Virus genome (UHGV): UHGV-0135983
Length of the DNA stretch: 35,851 nucleotides
From: a virus
Reading direction: 5' to 3' (one strand)
Positions within the stretch are counted from its first letter, which is position 1. The number at the start of each line of letters is the position of its first letter. Below, in pieces: positions 34,832 to 35,851 of the stretch. A program made the position numbers and the translations under genes. The notes under the pieces are model-generated. The model was not told the origin of the DNA and did not search any database. It worked only from the letters and a program-made list of their open reading frames with translations.

Positions 34832-35851
34832 ATGGGAAGGAGAAGAAAAGATCCAACAGATAATAAATTGCCACCTCGTGTTTCAAAAACCAAAACTCGG
34901 TATTACTACAAACCCACAGCACGAGAAACTATAACGCTAGGGCCAATAACTCTTTCAATGTCTGCATTGTGGAAACGTTATGAGGAAGAAAGACGAAATC
35001 ACTCAGGAGTAATGACGTTTGAAAAGCTCTGGGGAATGTTTTTAAAGAGCGCCTATTACACCGAACTCGCAATTCGTACCCAAAAAGATTATTTGCAACA
35101 TCAAAAAAAATTATTAGTCGTTTTTGGAAAAATGAAAGCTGATCTTATCAAGCCCGAAGAAGTTCGCCAGTTTATGGATCGACGTGGCCTAAAAAGCAAA
35201 AATCAGGCTAATCAGGAAATGAGTAGTATGTCGAGGGTGTTTCGATGGGGTTTTGAACGTGGTTATGTAAAAGGCAACCCATGTGCCGGGGTTAGTAAGT
35301 TTTCGTTAAAGGCACGTGAACAATATATTACCGATGAAGATTATCTGGTTATCTATAAAAATGCTGATTCAGTTGTGCGGGCTGCAATGGAAATATCATA
35401 CCTGTGTGCTGCCCGCCAGGCTGACGTGTTGGGATTGTGCTGGATGCAGATAACAGACAAAGGGATATTCATTCAACAGGGTAAGACGGGGAAAAAGCAG
35501 ATCAAGGTCTGGACCCCTCGCCTTCATCAAGCCTTCGTTACGGCACAAATAGATTGCCCCAAACTGTCTGCTAACGGACTAGTGATCTACAACAACGATA
35601 AAGGCCAGTTTATCCGTAAGACGTTCAATAATCGCTGGCTTAAAGCCGTACGCGCAGCACAAAACGAATTGGGGCGACAACTGGACTATACATTTCACGA
35701 TATCAAAGCGAAGGGGATTTCAGATTTCGAGGGTAGCAGTAAGGACAAGCAGATGTTCAGTGGCCACAAGACGGAAAGTCAGGTTCTGGTGTATGACAGA
35801 AAGGTACAAATAAGCCCTACTTTGAATCTACCCGTAATTGGCGGTGATTGA
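34832..35851 (+). CDS. int: tyrosine integrase (lambda Int family)
   Basis: 339 aa; N-terminal arm-binding-like region, C-terminal catalytic region with conserved R...H-x-x-R...Y arrangement; stop is the final codon of the window. Confidence 0.9.
   Translation: MGRRRKDPTDNKLPPRVSKTKTRYYYKPTARETITLGPITLSMSALWKRYEEERRNHSGVMTFEKLWGMFLKSAYYTELAIRTQKDYLQHQKKLLVVFGKMKADLIKPEEVRQFMDRRGLKSKNQANQEMSSMSRVFRWGFERGYVKGNPCAGVSKFSLKAREQYITDEDYLVIYKNADSVVRAAMEISYLCAARQADVLGLCWMQITDKGIFIQQGKTGKKQIKVWTPRLHQAFVTAQIDCPKLSANGLVIYNNDKGQFIRKTFNNRWLKAVRAAQNELGRQLDYTFHDIKAKGISDFEGSSKDKQMFSGHKTESQVLVYDRKVQISPTLNLPVIGGD

Noticed and set aside
1-35851. T7-type single-subunit RNA polymerase or DNA polymerase gene
   Set aside because: Looked for because the virion module is T7-like; no ORF of suitable size or motif is present between the integrase and the lysis cassette.

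Overview
The window reads as one nearly complete prophage-like element, bounded by a lysis cassette at the left edge (Rz stop at position 1) and a tyrosine integrase whose stop is the last base. Calls rest on reading the supplied ORF translations and the DNA by eye; no database search or folding was run, so family names are motif-level resemblances. Layout: (i) 34832..35851 (+) integrase, preceded on the + strand by an Xis-like protein, a Gam/Gp157-like protein and an Erf-family annealing protein with a long N-terminal extension; (ii) a Rac-like immunity switch, with a CI/RacR-like repressor (+) divergent from Cro/YdaS-like and CII/YdaT-like genes (-), TAAC-N4-GTTA operator palindromes and a near-consensus pR; (iii) lambdoid replication genes (HTH initiator with internal iterons, DnaB-type helicase); (iv) a nin-like accessory region with tandem Dam-type and MT-A70-type adenine methyltransferases and an AT-rich nuclease-fold-like gene; (v) a T7-like virion module on the - strand (gp6.7-like, portal, scaffold, capsid, tail tubular A/B, gp14-like, two large internal virion proteins one with an SLT domain, terminase, T7-type tail fiber) with no phage RNA polymerase in the window; (vi) a phage-21-type lysis cassette (pinholin, SAR endolysin, Rz/Rz1). 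The most unusual signals are two exactly repeated short elements: a 12-mer GAGGAAAGACCA abutting start codons of early genes on both strands and clustered in an apparently non-coding ~0.7 kb region, and an invariant 11-mer GGATTCCGACC at four late-gene junctions. AT-rich morons sit inside the structural cluster (16110..16994, membrane/coiled-coil; 5405..5842, secreted) and a GNAT acetyltransferase occupies the T7 gp13 position.
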